Shown here piece by piece: positions 15,553 through 15,661 of a DNA stretch of 15,661 nucleotides. The translations under genes were made by a program, and so were the position numbers. The notes under the pieces are model-generated. The model saw only the letters and a list, made by a program, of their open reading frames with translations, was not told where the DNA came from and did no database searches. The stretch is from a virus. Taxonomy: Duplodnaviria > Heunggongvirae > Uroviricota > Caudoviricetes. Location: the IMG/VR virus record IMGVR_UViG_2724679238_000003, positions 1 to 15,661 of that record. One strand, written 5' to 3'. Position 1 is the first letter of the stretch. Each line of letters starts with the position of its first letter.

Positions 15553-15661
15553 ATGAACGCTTATTACATTCAGGATCGTCTTGAGGCTCAGAGCTGGACG
15601 CGTCACTACCAGCAGATCGCCCGTGAAGAGAAAGAGGCAGAACTGGCAGACGACATGGAAA
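15553..15661 (+). CDS. gam: Gam (RecBCD inhibitor), 5' part only; runs off the window end
   Basis: ATG 15553 with AGGAG RBS; [36 protein letters not shown] matches lambda Gam (short form) as recalled; truncated by the window edge. Confidence 0.85.
   Translation, partial: MNAYYIQDRLEAQSWTRHYQQIAREEKEAELADDME

Noticed and set aside
1-15661. CRISPR arrays, IS elements, integrase or att sites
   Set aside because: No spaced identical direct repeats, no terminal inverted repeats with a transposase ORF, and no integrase; the window is internal to the prophage

Overview
This window is the early-to-late core of a mosaic lambdoid prophage, drawn with the phage's rightward genes on the minus strand. 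Protein identities were recognised by reading the translations and recalling lambda, P22 and phi21 proteins; no database search was run, so product names are recall-based. Minus strand, high to low coordinate: cro, nutR, cII-like, O with ori iterons, P, ren, ninB, a Dam-type adenine methyltransferase (where lambda has ninC/ninD), ninE/F/G/H/I, Q, pR'/qut, an AT-rich cargo gene for a ~5-TM membrane protein, a NanS-p-like esterase, a phi21-type pinholin, two small inserted genes, a SAR endolysin, Rz/Rz1, and a Rha-like regulator with a small coupled ORF. Plus strand: P22 c2-type repressor, OL/pL, nutL, two tandem poly-C tracts, phi21-type N, a small 2-TM membrane protein, an ea10-sized ORF, cIII, kil and the 5' part of gam. 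No rRNA, tRNA, CRISPR array or IS element was found. The most interesting unexplained content is the AT-rich cargo gene in the stx-equivalent slot, the 2-TM protein after N, the convergent gene pair inside the lysis cassette, and the poly-C repeats in the N leader.
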